Sequence record: PZ166175.1
Source: a phage
Reading direction: 5' to 3' (one strand)
DNA: 44,735 bases
Below the pieces are notes generated by a model. It ran no database searches. It was not told the DNA's origin and saw only the letters and a list, made by a program, of their open reading frames with translations. Of the stretch, positions 7,306 to 15,170 are shown in pieces (position 1 is the first letter of the stretch; every line of letters starts with the position of its first letter). Both the position numbers and the translations under genes were made by a program.

Positions 7306-7466
7306 TGCTATTACCATCTGAGATAAATTATTTCGATCTTGAGGTTATAAGCGCCTATAGCGGAAAGGGCTGGCCTTGCGGAGACTGGTTCCGCGAAGAC
7401 CTGCTTGAGAGCCATGAAATTATGATCAAGGCGATAGAGAAGGCACGAAATAGCACTAATTGCTAA
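7302..7466 (+). CDS. hypothetical small protein (54 aa)
   Basis: hand translation MMLLPSEINYFDLEV...; ATGA overlap with upstream gene; 3' end runs into the next cassette palindrome. Confidence 0.35.
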   Translation: MMLLPSEINYFDLEVISAYSGKGWPCGDWFREDLLESHEIMIKAIEKARNSTNC

Positions 7467-7519
7467 AGCCCTTCGGGGATTTTCCTGTATATTCATCTCA
7501 TCGAAACGGAGGATTTGAA
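7445..7519 (+). promoter_or_regulatory. early promoter cassette
   Basis: AAATAGCACTAATTGCTAAAG, 22 nt, TATATT, CATCTCATCGAAAC, GGAGG, ATG. Confidence 0.5.
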
Positions 7520-7624
7520 ATGAAAGTTTACTTGCTTAATGCTTATACTTATTATGAAGGCTTTGAAATTTGTGGTGTTTTTGATACAGAGGAACTAGCT
7601 GAACTTGAAATGAATAGGCTCTAA
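7520..7624 (+). CDS. hypothetical small protein (34 aa)
   Basis: hand translation MKVYLLNAYTYYEGFEICGVFDTEELAELEMNRL; strong RBS GGAGG. Confidence 0.35.
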   Translation: MKVYLLNAYTYYEGFEICGVFDTEELAELEMNRL

Positions 7625-7858
7625 GTTATAGATATAGAACTTGGCTATGGTCCTGATTATTATCTTATTGAAGAATTTGACGTTAAGGTAGAGATTTAAT
7701 GTTCGATAACTTTAATGACGCAATGGATGAGGCTTTTTACCGAGCCTCACTTGATGAAAGATTTACGGTTTAGTTCAGAAGGTTGACAAGATTGTTGTGC
7801 GAATCGTGCGCAAATCAGTACCTAACAAATTCATGTGGACAACGAAGAGAGTAAAAAA

Positions 7859-8278
7859 ATGACCATTAATTACTGCAAGATAACTGCCGGATGGAACAAA
7901 ACCACAAATAACTGGGTTAGCAACGAAAACGTACTCTACAAAGCTCGCGTTAAAAAGGTTCACCAATGGGTTGATGGTGTAGTTAAGGAGGTGGAATTTA
8001 AGCAAATCAAGAAAGATGGAAAATGGATTAACCTTGAAGAGCGCGGAAGATACATTAAGACTAAAACTCTTTACGTTACCCGAGTTAACCATAACTCGTC
8101 AGTTAAGAAGTCATTTAAGCTCGGAAAGAGATACCAGGTATCTATGCATGCTGGGATTGGACAAAATGCTGGGTATATTTATGACGAAGATGGTAATGCC
8201 TGGCAGCTTTACCGAAGTGAGGATGTTGGGTTCTTTACTCTCTGTGGCACGTACTATTTTGAGGCTCAATATCTGTAA
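7859..8278 (+). CDS. hypothetical protein
   Basis: ORF track 7835..8278; start moved to the ATG after GAGAGTAAAAAA. Confidence 0.5.
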   Translation: MTINYCKITAGWNKTTNNWVSNENVLYKARVKKVHQWVDGVVKEVEFKQIKKDGKWINLEERGRYIKTKTLYVTRVNHNSSVKKSFKLGKRYQVSMHAGIGQNAGYIYDEDGNAWQLYRSEDVGFFTLCGTYYFEAQYL

Positions 8279-8352
8279 ATAGCACAAATTGTTAATGAAT
8301 TATAAGCGGTCGTTGTTATAATGGCCGCTCAGAAACAACACGGAGAGAAGTA
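8277..8352 (+). promoter_or_regulatory. early promoter cassette with consensus TATAAT
   Basis: AAATAGCACAAATTGTTAA, 22 nt, TGTTATAAT (extended -10), then RBS GGAGAG and ATG at 8353. Confidence 0.5.
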
Positions 8353-9936
8353 ATGTTTGATTTCAACGAAGATAAACTATCTGTTGAACAGGTTATGGCA
8401 ATTGCTGCCGCAGAAAACCTTCCACCTTTGCGCGTCGCCATTAATGCTAATGGATATCGCCAGTCTCAATCATTCTGGAAGGCTCCGGTCGAGATTGATG
8501 CAGCTAATGACAAGTATCCAGTAATCTCACTCGGCAATGATGTTGATGTTGTTGGTAAATTGTCAGCTAACATTGCTCGGAGCGTGCAATTCCCCGAGTC
8601 TTCAGCTTACATGCACTTCCTGGGGTGTATTTCCGCTGCGATGCTAGGCCGCTTTACCGTTGAGTATCACGGAACTCAGCAACCGACCTCGCTTTATGTT
8701 GTGACGAGCCAGCCTCCATCTACAGGTAAATCAGCAATAAACTCACTTTCTATTGCTCCAATGATTGCTGAGACTGAGAGACTGAATGAAGTGCGAAAGC
8801 GCGAGCGCAAAAAGATTATGGCTAAACTATCTGCGTTATCCAAAGAGATGAAGCAGGAAAAATCCCCGTCAGAGATGGCTTCTCTTTTCGAGGAGAAAGA
8901 GGAGTTGGAGGAAAAACTCGAGAAACTATGCGATATCGTTTTCCCGGTTTCAGATACCACACCGGAAGGTCTTGCGCGAATAAACAACCGTCAGGGCAAC
9001 TTTGCAGTAATCTCGGATGAGGCAACGAGTGTAAACTCACTACTTGGCATGACCTATGGTGACGGATCAAAGAAAACGAACAGTGAGCTTGTGCTTAAAG
9101 CATGGGATGCGGGTAACGTATCTATCGCGCGTGCGAACGCAGAAAGCAACATGAGTTTCGTTGCTATGGGTTGTATCTCTGTAATTGCGCAGGATGAGAC
9201 TATTAACGCCATCATGAATGCTGGTGCGCGTGGTATCGGTGTGTCGGAACGTTTTCTTCTTGTACGTGAAAAATCACTCCTGGGAGAACGTGTATTCGTT
9301 GATGAAAATGGTGAATCAACTTACGAGCCAATTGACGGTGGGCTGAAGTCTGACTACTTCCGATTGGTTCACGAAATAATGAATGAGCAAGATGTAAAGT
9401 TGACGGTAAGTAACTCAGCGATGAAATACCTCAACCTAGCGCGTCAGGAAATGGAACCTCACCTTGCTGACGGCGGGAAGTATTCACACACAATGTTGCG
9501 AGGCGCGTTGGGTAAGTTCGATAAGCAGGCAATCAGGATTGCGGCTGTTCTTCACACTGTGCGTAACTGGTTCAACCCAAATGGCGGTAGCCCGCAGAAG
9601 TCCAGGGAGATTGATCTTGACACAATGCAAGAAGCTGTGATTATGTTCCAGGAGTTGAGCAAAACTTATCTGTCATCTGCTAACGCCGCTGGTCACGCTG
9701 GCGACAATGCCGAGATGAATAAGCTGATTGATATTCTGATTAAGCAAGGCAAGAACGGTAAAGGCGTAGTTGGTATTCGTTCATTATATGAAGCGGCTCG
9801 TAAAGTTAAGCCGTTCGAGGCTCAGGCTGGAGTAATGACGAAGATTAAAGATCACCTACTGCCAATGCTTGACGAGAAAAACTACACGTGCCTGATTGGT
9901 GATAAAGTTTACATTAATCCGCGATTGCTGGGGTAA
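8353..9936 (+). CDS. hypothetical 527-aa protein with P-loop-like and DE-box-like motifs
   Basis: ORF track; motifs PPSTGKS and VISDEAT read from the translation; own cassette promoter; no family confidently recognised. Confidence 0.6.
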   Translation: MFDFNEDKLSVEQVMAIAAAENLPPLRVAINANGYRQSQSFWKAPVEIDAANDKYPVISLGNDVDVVGKLSANIARSVQFPESSAYMHFLGCISAAMLGRFTVEYHGTQQPTSLYVVTSQPPSTGKSAINSLSIAPMIAETERLNEVRKRERKKIMAKLSALSKEMKQEKSPSEMASLFEEKEELEEKLEKLCDIVFPVSDTTPEGLARINNRQGNFAVISDEATSVNSLLGMTYGDGSKKTNSELVLKAWDAGNVSIARANAESNMSFVAMGCISVIAQDETINAIMNAGARGIGVSERFLLVREKSLLGERVFVDENGESTYEPIDGGLKSDYFRLVHEIMNEQDVKLTVSNSAMKYLNLARQEMEPHLADGGKYSHTMLRGALGKFDKQAIRIAAVLHTVRNWFNPNGGSPQKSREIDLDTMQEAVIMFQELSKTYLSSANAAGHAGDNAEMNKLIDILIKQGKNGKGVVGIRSLYEAARKVKPFEAQAGVMTKIKDHLLPMLDEKNYTCLIGDKVYINPRLLG

Positions 9937-10275
9937 GTGATGTTTCTGCTCGATATATTTAAGTTCTGCGAGTCGTATTCATACTTTACTCGTCAGCATT
10001 TGGCGCGATTCATATACCAACACAAGGACTCTGAGAGGTTTAGCAAGGCATCTGGTTTATCACATAGAGAGTTTTGCAGCGCTGCTTCAAAGGAGTTTTG
10101 CGCGAAGATGCTTAGTGCGGGTTACATTGATGGTAGGTGCGGTGAGTTTGTTAGCAAGGGGAGTTTAAAGAGGCCATTTGGCTTCAACTTTGAGGCACTT
10201 AGCGGGTATGAGAGCAAGTACATAAAAGAGATGATGAGCATAGGAAAAATGACTGACGACGAGTTATTTAGCTAA
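9937..10275 (+). CDS. hypothetical protein (112 aa)
   Basis: ORF track; start abuts the stop of the 527-aa gene; followed by a terminator. Confidence 0.45.
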   Translation: MMFLLDIFKFCESYSYFTRQHLARFIYQHKDSERFSKASGLSHREFCSAASKEFCAKMLSAGYIDGRCGEFVSKGSLKRPFGFNFEALSGYESKYIKEMMSIGKMTDDELFS

Positions 10276-10281
10276 AAATAT

Positions 10282-10305
10282 AGCCTCCATTAGGAGGCTT
10301 TTTTA
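10282..10305 (+). terminator. rho-independent terminator closing the plus-strand early operon
   Basis: AGCCTCC-atta-GGAGGCT followed by TTTTTT. Confidence 0.6.
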
Positions 10306-10679
10306 CGTCTTAAGATTAATGCCATGAGAGCTAAAACCAGCAGACCCATGGATCCTGTTCCAGCCCACGGAAGTGCTGATGATTCGTTATTGGTAATTTC
10401 AATCTTTTCGGCAGTGATTGTGGATGCCTTAATCGAGTTGTCAGCAGTCTTTTTTCCGCTCGAGCTATCCAGGGAACCTACGCTAGAATCCTTAACGGAA
10501 GCATCGCTGGAGTTGCTGGAGTCTACCTTGTTCGTTAACCCGACACCAACCTTATTGTTCTCTGCGCCAGCTTGAGCGCTAATCTCTGGCTTACTGCCAA
10601 TTAAACCAGTCAGCGCAGATGTTGCCGAACACCCAGATAAAGCTGCGCACATTACTAACGCTGCAATCCACTTAAGCAT
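10290..10679 (-). CDS. unimolecular spanin (putative)
   Basis: N-terminal lipoprotein signal with lipobox LSGC plus C-terminal transmembrane helix LLVLALMALIL; last gene of the lysis cassette. Confidence 0.6.
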   Translation of the reverse strand: MLKWIAALVMCAALSGCSATSALTGLIGSKPEISAQAGAENNKVGVGLTNKVDSSNSSDASVKDSSVGSLDSSSGKKTADNSIKASTITAEKIEITNNESSALPWAGTGSMGLLVLALMALILRRKKAS

Positions 10680-11140
10680 AGCTTAATCTCCTCATTCCGG
10701 CGATTTACCAAACCCTTAACAATAACCTTTTTGCCGTTAACGGTAGCTTTATTCCACATCCCCAAAGCCTTACAACCCTGCTCCACTTTACCCTGGTTAA
10801 TTAATTTAACAGCCGTAGACTTCCTCATCGAAGATCCGCCAACGTTGTAGCTAAAGCTAATTAACGCTGCCCTTGTCTGCTGTGCAATTGGGTAGGTAAC
10901 TGCATCCTGAACATGCTTGGCATGAATCTGGATGTGCTTTTCCAGCAGATTTCTGCACTCCCTGTTGCTGTATGTTTTACCCCAGACCACATCTGGACCG
11001 GTAATACCGGAACACACCGTAGGGATTCCGGCAATGTCCATGTAAGGCTTGTTCTCCACACCCTCAACGAGCTCAATAAGCGGCGCTGCGATGTATATTG
11101 CCGCAGCCGTAGCCGCGCTAATTAGCATCTTTTGCTTCAT
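10655..11140 (-). CDS. endolysin, GH24 lysozyme with N-terminal signal-anchor-release-like segment
   Basis: hydrophobic N-terminus ISAATAAAIYIAAPLI followed by lysozyme-like domain; sits between holin and spanin. Confidence 0.7.
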   Translation of the reverse strand: MKQKMLISAATAAAIYIAAPLIELVEGVENKPYMDIAGIPTVCSGITGPDVVWGKTYSNRECRNLLEKHIQIHAKHVQDAVTYPIAQQTRAALISFSYNVGGSSMRKSTAVKLINQGKVEQGCKALGMWNKATVNGKKVIVKGLVNRRNEEIKLCLSGLQR

Positions 11141-11356
11141 TTACTTGCTCCTTATCTTTATTGCTGTTTTTAAGTCTCCTGATTCAAGAGCGCGCCTAAT
11201 CGCCTGGCTGTCTTTGAACTTCCAGTAAGCTCCCCAGGCCCCAAAAATGATTAGAGCGATAAGGCTGATTATTGCTATAGTCATTTGACCAGTTGCCGCG
11301 CCAGTTACCGCAGCCCCGCCGGTTGATGCCGTAGCGGCGTTGATTACTTCCCTCAT
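11141..11356 (-). CDS. holin (putative, single TMD)
   Basis: ORF track 11141..11434; start moved to MREVIN... after RBS AAGGTGG; TMD MTIAIISLIALIIFGAWGAYW; directly upstream of endolysin. Confidence 0.5.
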   Translation of the reverse strand: MREVINAATASTGGAAVTGAATGQMTIAIISLIALIIFGAWGAYWKFKDSQAIRRALESGDLKTAIKIRSK

Positions 11357-11482
11357 GTGATCCACCTTTATGTATTTGTCAATGTTTAAGTTAGTAAAAG
11401 AATGATACATTAGCCCTGCTAGTAAAAGAAGCATAAAAAAGGGGAGCCAAAAGGCCCCCCGCTTGTAAAGCTATGTTTTAGA

Positions 11483-11662
11483 TGCGCTAGTCTTCGATAA
11501 TAAATTCAACTAACGAACCATCAATCGGCGCTAAAATGTGAGTCATGTCATCGCCGTAAATCTTCCAATATCCATCACCCTGGTACTCTGCATTGTACGG
11601 CTGGTTAACTGTAAATGGCAGTGTCTTGGAGTTGTTCTTGGTGCAATAAATCATTTTAGTCA
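11483..11662 (-). CDS. hypothetical small protein (59 aa)
   Basis: hand translation MTKMIYCTKNNSKTLPF...; RBS AACGAGGAAA. Confidence 0.35.
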
Positions 11663-11689
11663 TTTTGTGTTTCCTCGTTTAGTTAATCT

Positions 11690-11765
11690 CGTTTCGATGT
11701 GGTAATTATGCCGCATTTCTGCGGCATTGGTTAGGCAAAAAGTGCTATTAGCTAAACATTTTAGG
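11690..11765 (-). promoter_or_regulatory. variant early promoter cassette with hairpin TGCCGCAGAAATGCGGCA
   Basis: minus sense: TTTAGCTAATAGCAC, hairpin, CATAATTACCACATCGAAAC. Confidence 0.35.
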
Positions 11766-12884
11766 GCGACAAATGAAGCGGCCAACTTCACCGAATTCTT
11801 TATGGTAGACAATAACTGCCGCTTGACGTTGAGAGCGCCAGCCGCCATTTGCGGAGTACGCGTCAGGACTCCCCAGCTGTCCATGCACCTCATCAATTCC
11901 CAAGTTTGTTTCTGTAATCTTCTGAGAATGCCAGTGGCCACTATGTGTGTAAACATACTCACTTTGACCAAATAACTTACGAAAATCAGTTGCCATAACA
12001 GTTAGTCGAGTATCGGCTTTCCGCATTTGGTGCCCGTGAGTGTATCCAATAAGCGTCTTTCCAAAGCTGGTCATCATCATTGCAGCAGGGCTAACATCAA
12101 CATTTACGCGAGGCTCATCTTCATAAAATGCAGCAAGCGCAGCGCGGAGCCAAACCATTCCAGCCTCGTCGTGATTCCCACTTATTACTTTAATATCAAT
12201 AACTTGATGCTTTTCCATCATTCGAGAAATTGCACGTCGCACTGACCGGATTGCCACATAAACAATTTTTGCGTAACGACTGTCAGAATCTAAGATATGA
12301 CCCGAGGCCGGGGTTTTAGCCTCCAGGGAATCGTAATGTAGGAAATCGCCACCCAATACCAATACAGCATTCTTAGAGTTTGGTGCCTTATCTACAGCGT
12401 AGTCAAAGAACCCATTCATAACCTTCTCTGCTGTTGCTGTGTCGTAGTTTTCGCCACACTCGTGTTTGTGTGCCATTGCTCCAATGTGTAAATCAAAAAC
12501 TGGATACATCGCAAGCGTGTTATCATCAAAGTTAACATTCGGTGATTCGGATGGAATGGCCTTTGGCAAATCAGAGCAGAATGCCTCACGTGCTTGCTGC
12601 ATTAAAACCTCAAGTCGCTCATTGTCTATTGAGGTTTTAACCCAGCGAATCTTCTCGTTGCCTCTCGCGTCAATCAATGTTGAAGTCCCTTTGACCAAAT
12701 AGCCGTCAGGAACCAGCTTCTTAATCCCTGGGTTTCCATGAAGCTCGCCGGATTTTGCCAGCTTACTACGACGCAATTCAACGTTGCGAATGTTCATTCC
12801 GTACTTCTCTGCGATTGCTTTGTTCGTCATGCCATTTGCCAGTTCTTCGCGCAATTGTTCGTTGGTGATTTTTGCAGTTGCCAT
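11748..12884 (-). CDS. calcineurin-like metallophosphoesterase with N-terminal HTH-like segment
   Basis: motifs DLHIG, GGDFLHYD, GNHDE, GHQ, GHWH in canonical order; N-terminal MTNKAIAEKYGMNIRNVELRRSKL resembles an HTH. Confidence 0.65.
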   Translation of the reverse strand: MATAKITNEQLREELANGMTNKAIAEKYGMNIRNVELRRSKLAKSGELHGNPGIKKLVPDGYLVKGTSTLIDARGNEKIRWVKTSIDNERLEVLMQQAREAFCSDLPKAIPSESPNVNFDDNTLAMYPVFDLHIGAMAHKHECGENYDTATAEKVMNGFFDYAVDKAPNSKNAVLVLGGDFLHYDSLEAKTPASGHILDSDSRYAKIVYVAIRSVRRAISRMMEKHQVIDIKVISGNHDEAGMVWLRAALAAFYEDEPRVNVDVSPAAMMMTSFGKTLIGYTHGHQMRKADTRLTVMATDFRKLFGQSEYVYTHSGHWHSQKITETNLGIDEVHGQLGSPDAYSANGGWRSQRQAAVIVYHKEFGEVGRFICRPKMFS

Positions 12885-12967
12885 TATATAAGTTCCTTAA
12901 TTCATTACGATAAAGTATAAGATAGTAAAGCTAAACAGTGGGGCTAATGCCACTAGTATTAGGCTTT

Positions 12968-13219
12968 TCATTCAACTTCTTTTAACCAGTAGTCGATAAC
13001 TTCCGCACTAATTGATAATTTTTCATCAAGGTCAGTCATGCACAGATTTCCGCATGCTGGAGAGTAGTAAATCTGTACCCACTTTCCTTCTTTAGTTTTT
13101 GCGTTCACATCCACATAGTCAGGAGGGAACCAGTCAGCAATAGGTATCGCCCTAAACTTAGCTCCACTTTGACCATATACTAAATCGTAATGCTCTGGCT
13201 GAAAATCTAAACCCAACAT
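12968..13219 (-). CDS. hypothetical protein
   Basis: ORF track 12968..13225 (TTG); start moved to ATG after RBS AAGGATTGAG. Confidence 0.45.
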   Translation of the reverse strand: MLGLDFQPEHYDLVYGQSGAKFRAIPIADWFPPDYVDVNAKTKEGKWVQIYYSPACGNLCMTDLDEKLSISAEVIDYWLKEVE

Positions 13220-13221
13220 AC

Positions 13222-13368
13222 TCAATCCTTTTTCATTTTATGTCTCGGCCTAATGCCATGCCTTGAGAGTTCTCGTGATAGCTGCTCCCTTAACTGCTGC
13301 GTGTCCTTGAATTTTATAGAAACCTCAAGTAACCCGTTAACCAATGCTGAATATTCGTGTGGCTTCAT
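13222..13368 (-). CDS. hypothetical small protein (48 aa)
   Basis: hand translation MKPHEYSALVNGLLEV...; RBS TAAGGG; stop overlaps downstream RBS. Confidence 0.3.
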   Translation of the reverse strand: MKPHEYSALVNGLLEVSIKFKDTQQLREQLSRELSRHGIRPRHKMKKD

Positions 13369-13370
13369 AC

Positions 13371-13619
13371 TTAACCCTTAGGCTTCGTTATCTTAAACTT
13401 GAATCCCTCAGATTTCAGGAACTCATTAACATCAATTCTAACACCTGGCTTAACTCTTACATATTTTCTTGGTCTCTCATCCATGTAAGAGAATTTACCA
13501 TTGAAAACAACGCTGATATCTTTTATGTCAAAGAAGCGAGAGATATGCTTAATGTCATCTTGCAAGCCAGCCTCTCCATAGTGCGCCCATACTGCGGCGC
13601 GCCCAGTTTCAACTATCAT
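13371..13619 (-). CDS. hypothetical protein (82 aa)
   Basis: ORF track; ATGA overlap with upstream small gene. Confidence 0.5.
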   Translation of the reverse strand: MIVETGRAAVWAHYGEAGLQDDIKHISRFFDIKDISVVFNGKFSYMDERPRKYVRVKPGVRIDVNEFLKSEGFKFKITKPKG

Positions 13620-13741
13620 AATCCGTAAGCCATTTTCAGGTACTCTTTAGCACACATCCAGCAATATTCTGAACCAGTGTTAACTGCATCATTTGCGTAA
13701 GCCTGTGCAATTTCAAACATCTCTTTGTCTACAATTTTCAT
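13616..13741 (-). CDS. hypothetical small protein (41 aa, Cys-x2-Cys)
   Basis: hand translation MKIVDKEMFEIAQAYANDAVNTGSEYCWMCAKEYLKMAYGL; translationally coupled. Confidence 0.3.
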   Translation of the reverse strand: MKIVDKEMFEIAQAYANDAVNTGSEYCWMCAKEYLKMAYGL

Positions 13742-13938
13742 CTCACAATCTCCACATCCAATTTTGAAACACTAACAACAATACCCGCATCGTTTTTAAC
13801 GATGTATCTATCTGAGTCTGCGGAAATTTCAAGAACAAAATAGCTACTCCCGCGCTTCAGAAGGTACTCATCAATATCCATCCGTGTGGTGTTGTTTCTT
13901 GGCTTAAACGTAACAACGAACGGTCTATTATTAATCAT
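13738..13938 (-). CDS. hypothetical protein (66 aa)
   Basis: ORF track; overlapping start/stop with neighbours. Confidence 0.45.
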   Translation of the reverse strand: MINNRPFVVTFKPRNNTTRMDIDEYLLKRGSSYFVLEISADSDRYIVKNDAGIVVSVSKLDVEIVR

Positions 13939-14255
13939 TCAAAATCCTCCGGGCAATCTTTCTTCATTTCTTCGACAGGAGGAAATACCTCCCATTTTCC
14001 GACACCCTCCCATACACCGTAATGGCATCGCTCAGCTATGAATGTTCGTCCAAAAAATTCATAGTTAGCCCAGAATAGACGAAACCAGTTTTGCATTTTA
14101 ATGCCGTGAACTTTTCCCAACACTTGGTAATACCTCGCCATACTTGCCGCCTCTACGGCAGGGAATATTAACCAGAGCCAAATCAACAAAAGCATAGCGA
14201 CCGCAATTATTGAGTTAAAAAATACCCCGCTCCAATAGATATATGTGTCAATCAT
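13935..14255 (-). CDS. hypothetical membrane protein
   Basis: ORF track 13935..14273; hydrophobic segment IIAVAMLLLIWLWLIFPAV; C-terminus EEMKKDCPEDFE duplicated in the next gene. Confidence 0.45.
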   Translation of the reverse strand: MIDTYIYWSGVFFNSIIAVAMLLLIWLWLIFPAVEAASMARYYQVLGKVHGIKMQNWFRLFWANYEFFGRTFIAERCHYGVWEGVGKWEVFPPVEEMKKDCPEDFE

Positions 14256-14470
14256 AAAAAATCCTTCGGGCAATCTTTCTTCATTTCTTCAATGTCAGCA
14301 ACCATGCGGTCGCGCCATGTTTCAATATCAGTGTTCAAGTAGTCTTCCTCAAAACTCATATCTAGGCAAAATGCTAAGTCCCAAGGGTTTTTGTTATATC
14401 CAGATTTCTTTAGCTCCTGAACCGCCATTAGCTTAAAAACTTCCCATTGCTTGTCAAAGGTTAATTTCAT
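14252..14470 (-). CDS. hypothetical protein (72 aa) sharing its C-terminal 12 residues with 13935..14255
   Basis: ORF track; C-terminus EEMKKDCPKDFL. Confidence 0.45.
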   Translation of the reverse strand: MKLTFDKQWEVFKLMAVQELKKSGYNKNPWDLAFCLDMSFEEDYLNTDIETWRDRMVADIEEMKKDCPKDFL

Positions 14471-14673
14471 TATTCTAATACCTCATCAAATTTTTCGCCA
14501 AATTCGTTTTTAACAGTTTCTAAATCATCTTTGTAGGTTGGGCTGACTTCGAATGCGTAAGACTTATCATCAACATCAATCAGTATATATCCAACGCTTG
14601 TTGTTATTGCTAGTTCATACATATAACCAGTTTTGCGTGATTCGTAGATTTTACCAGTGTAGATAGTAGCCAT
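14470..14673 (-). CDS. hypothetical protein
   Basis: ORF track 14470..14721; start moved to MATIYTGK... after RBS AAAGAGAGAAAG. Confidence 0.45.
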   Translation of the reverse strand: MATIYTGKIYESRKTGYMYELAITTSVGYILIDVDDKSYAFEVSPTYKDDLETVKNEFGEKFDEVLE

Positions 14674-14689
14674 TTTCTTTCTCTCTTTG

Positions 14690-14757
14690 TGTTTCGTTTC
14701 GATGGAGTAACTATATCGCATCCATGCGAAATCCCTTTAGCAATTCGTGCTATTTTG
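14690..14757 (-). promoter_or_regulatory. early promoter cassette
   Basis: minus sense: AAATAGCACGAATTGCTAAAG, 22 nt, TATAGT, TACTCCATCGAAAC. Confidence 0.5.
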
Positions 14758-15168
14758 AAATCATTTCTTTGAATGCCGCAAGAAAACCTTCGCGCCCGTA
14801 GGCCACAGCAGAGAAACCTCCTGATTCTCTGACGCTTTTAAGGAATGACTTCTGTTCTGAACTGACTGGACTTGCCTGCGCCTTCCCAGCCCTCTTTAGC
14901 TCTATTGCGCCAAATGGATACCTCCCTCGCAAAGATTCTGGTATTAGGAATAAGCAGTCTGACACCCCCTTAAGCAAACCCTTAGCTGCATCCTTCCTTG
15001 CTGACCCAATTGATTTCATACCTTCATTAACTGTGTGCCAGTAAACAATCTGCGGATAATGATACTTAACCCAATCAGAGCAAAATATCTGTTCGTCGTC
15101 TTCCTTTGGGCATGACTTTACAGCGCCCGGGTAAAACTCAATGTAATCCTCTTTATCTGTAATCTTCA
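14750..15168 (-). CDS. VRR-NUC-like PD-(D/E)XK nuclease (putative)
   Basis: ORF track 14750..15202; start moved to MKITDK... after GGAGG; D...ELK motif; adjacent to helicase. Confidence 0.45.
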
Positions 15169-15170
15169 TT

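Noticed and set aside
7745-7790. TTGACA hexamer at about 7753 as a sigma70 promoter for the 7859 gene
   Set aside because: No acceptable -10 hexamer at 16-18 bp spacing; only a partial palindrome GTGCGAATCGTGCGCA follows.
8694-9070. Minus-strand ORFs 8694..8987 and 8822..9070 inside the 527-aa gene
   Set aside because: Shadow ORFs on the opposite strand with Ser/Phe-rich low-complexity translations.
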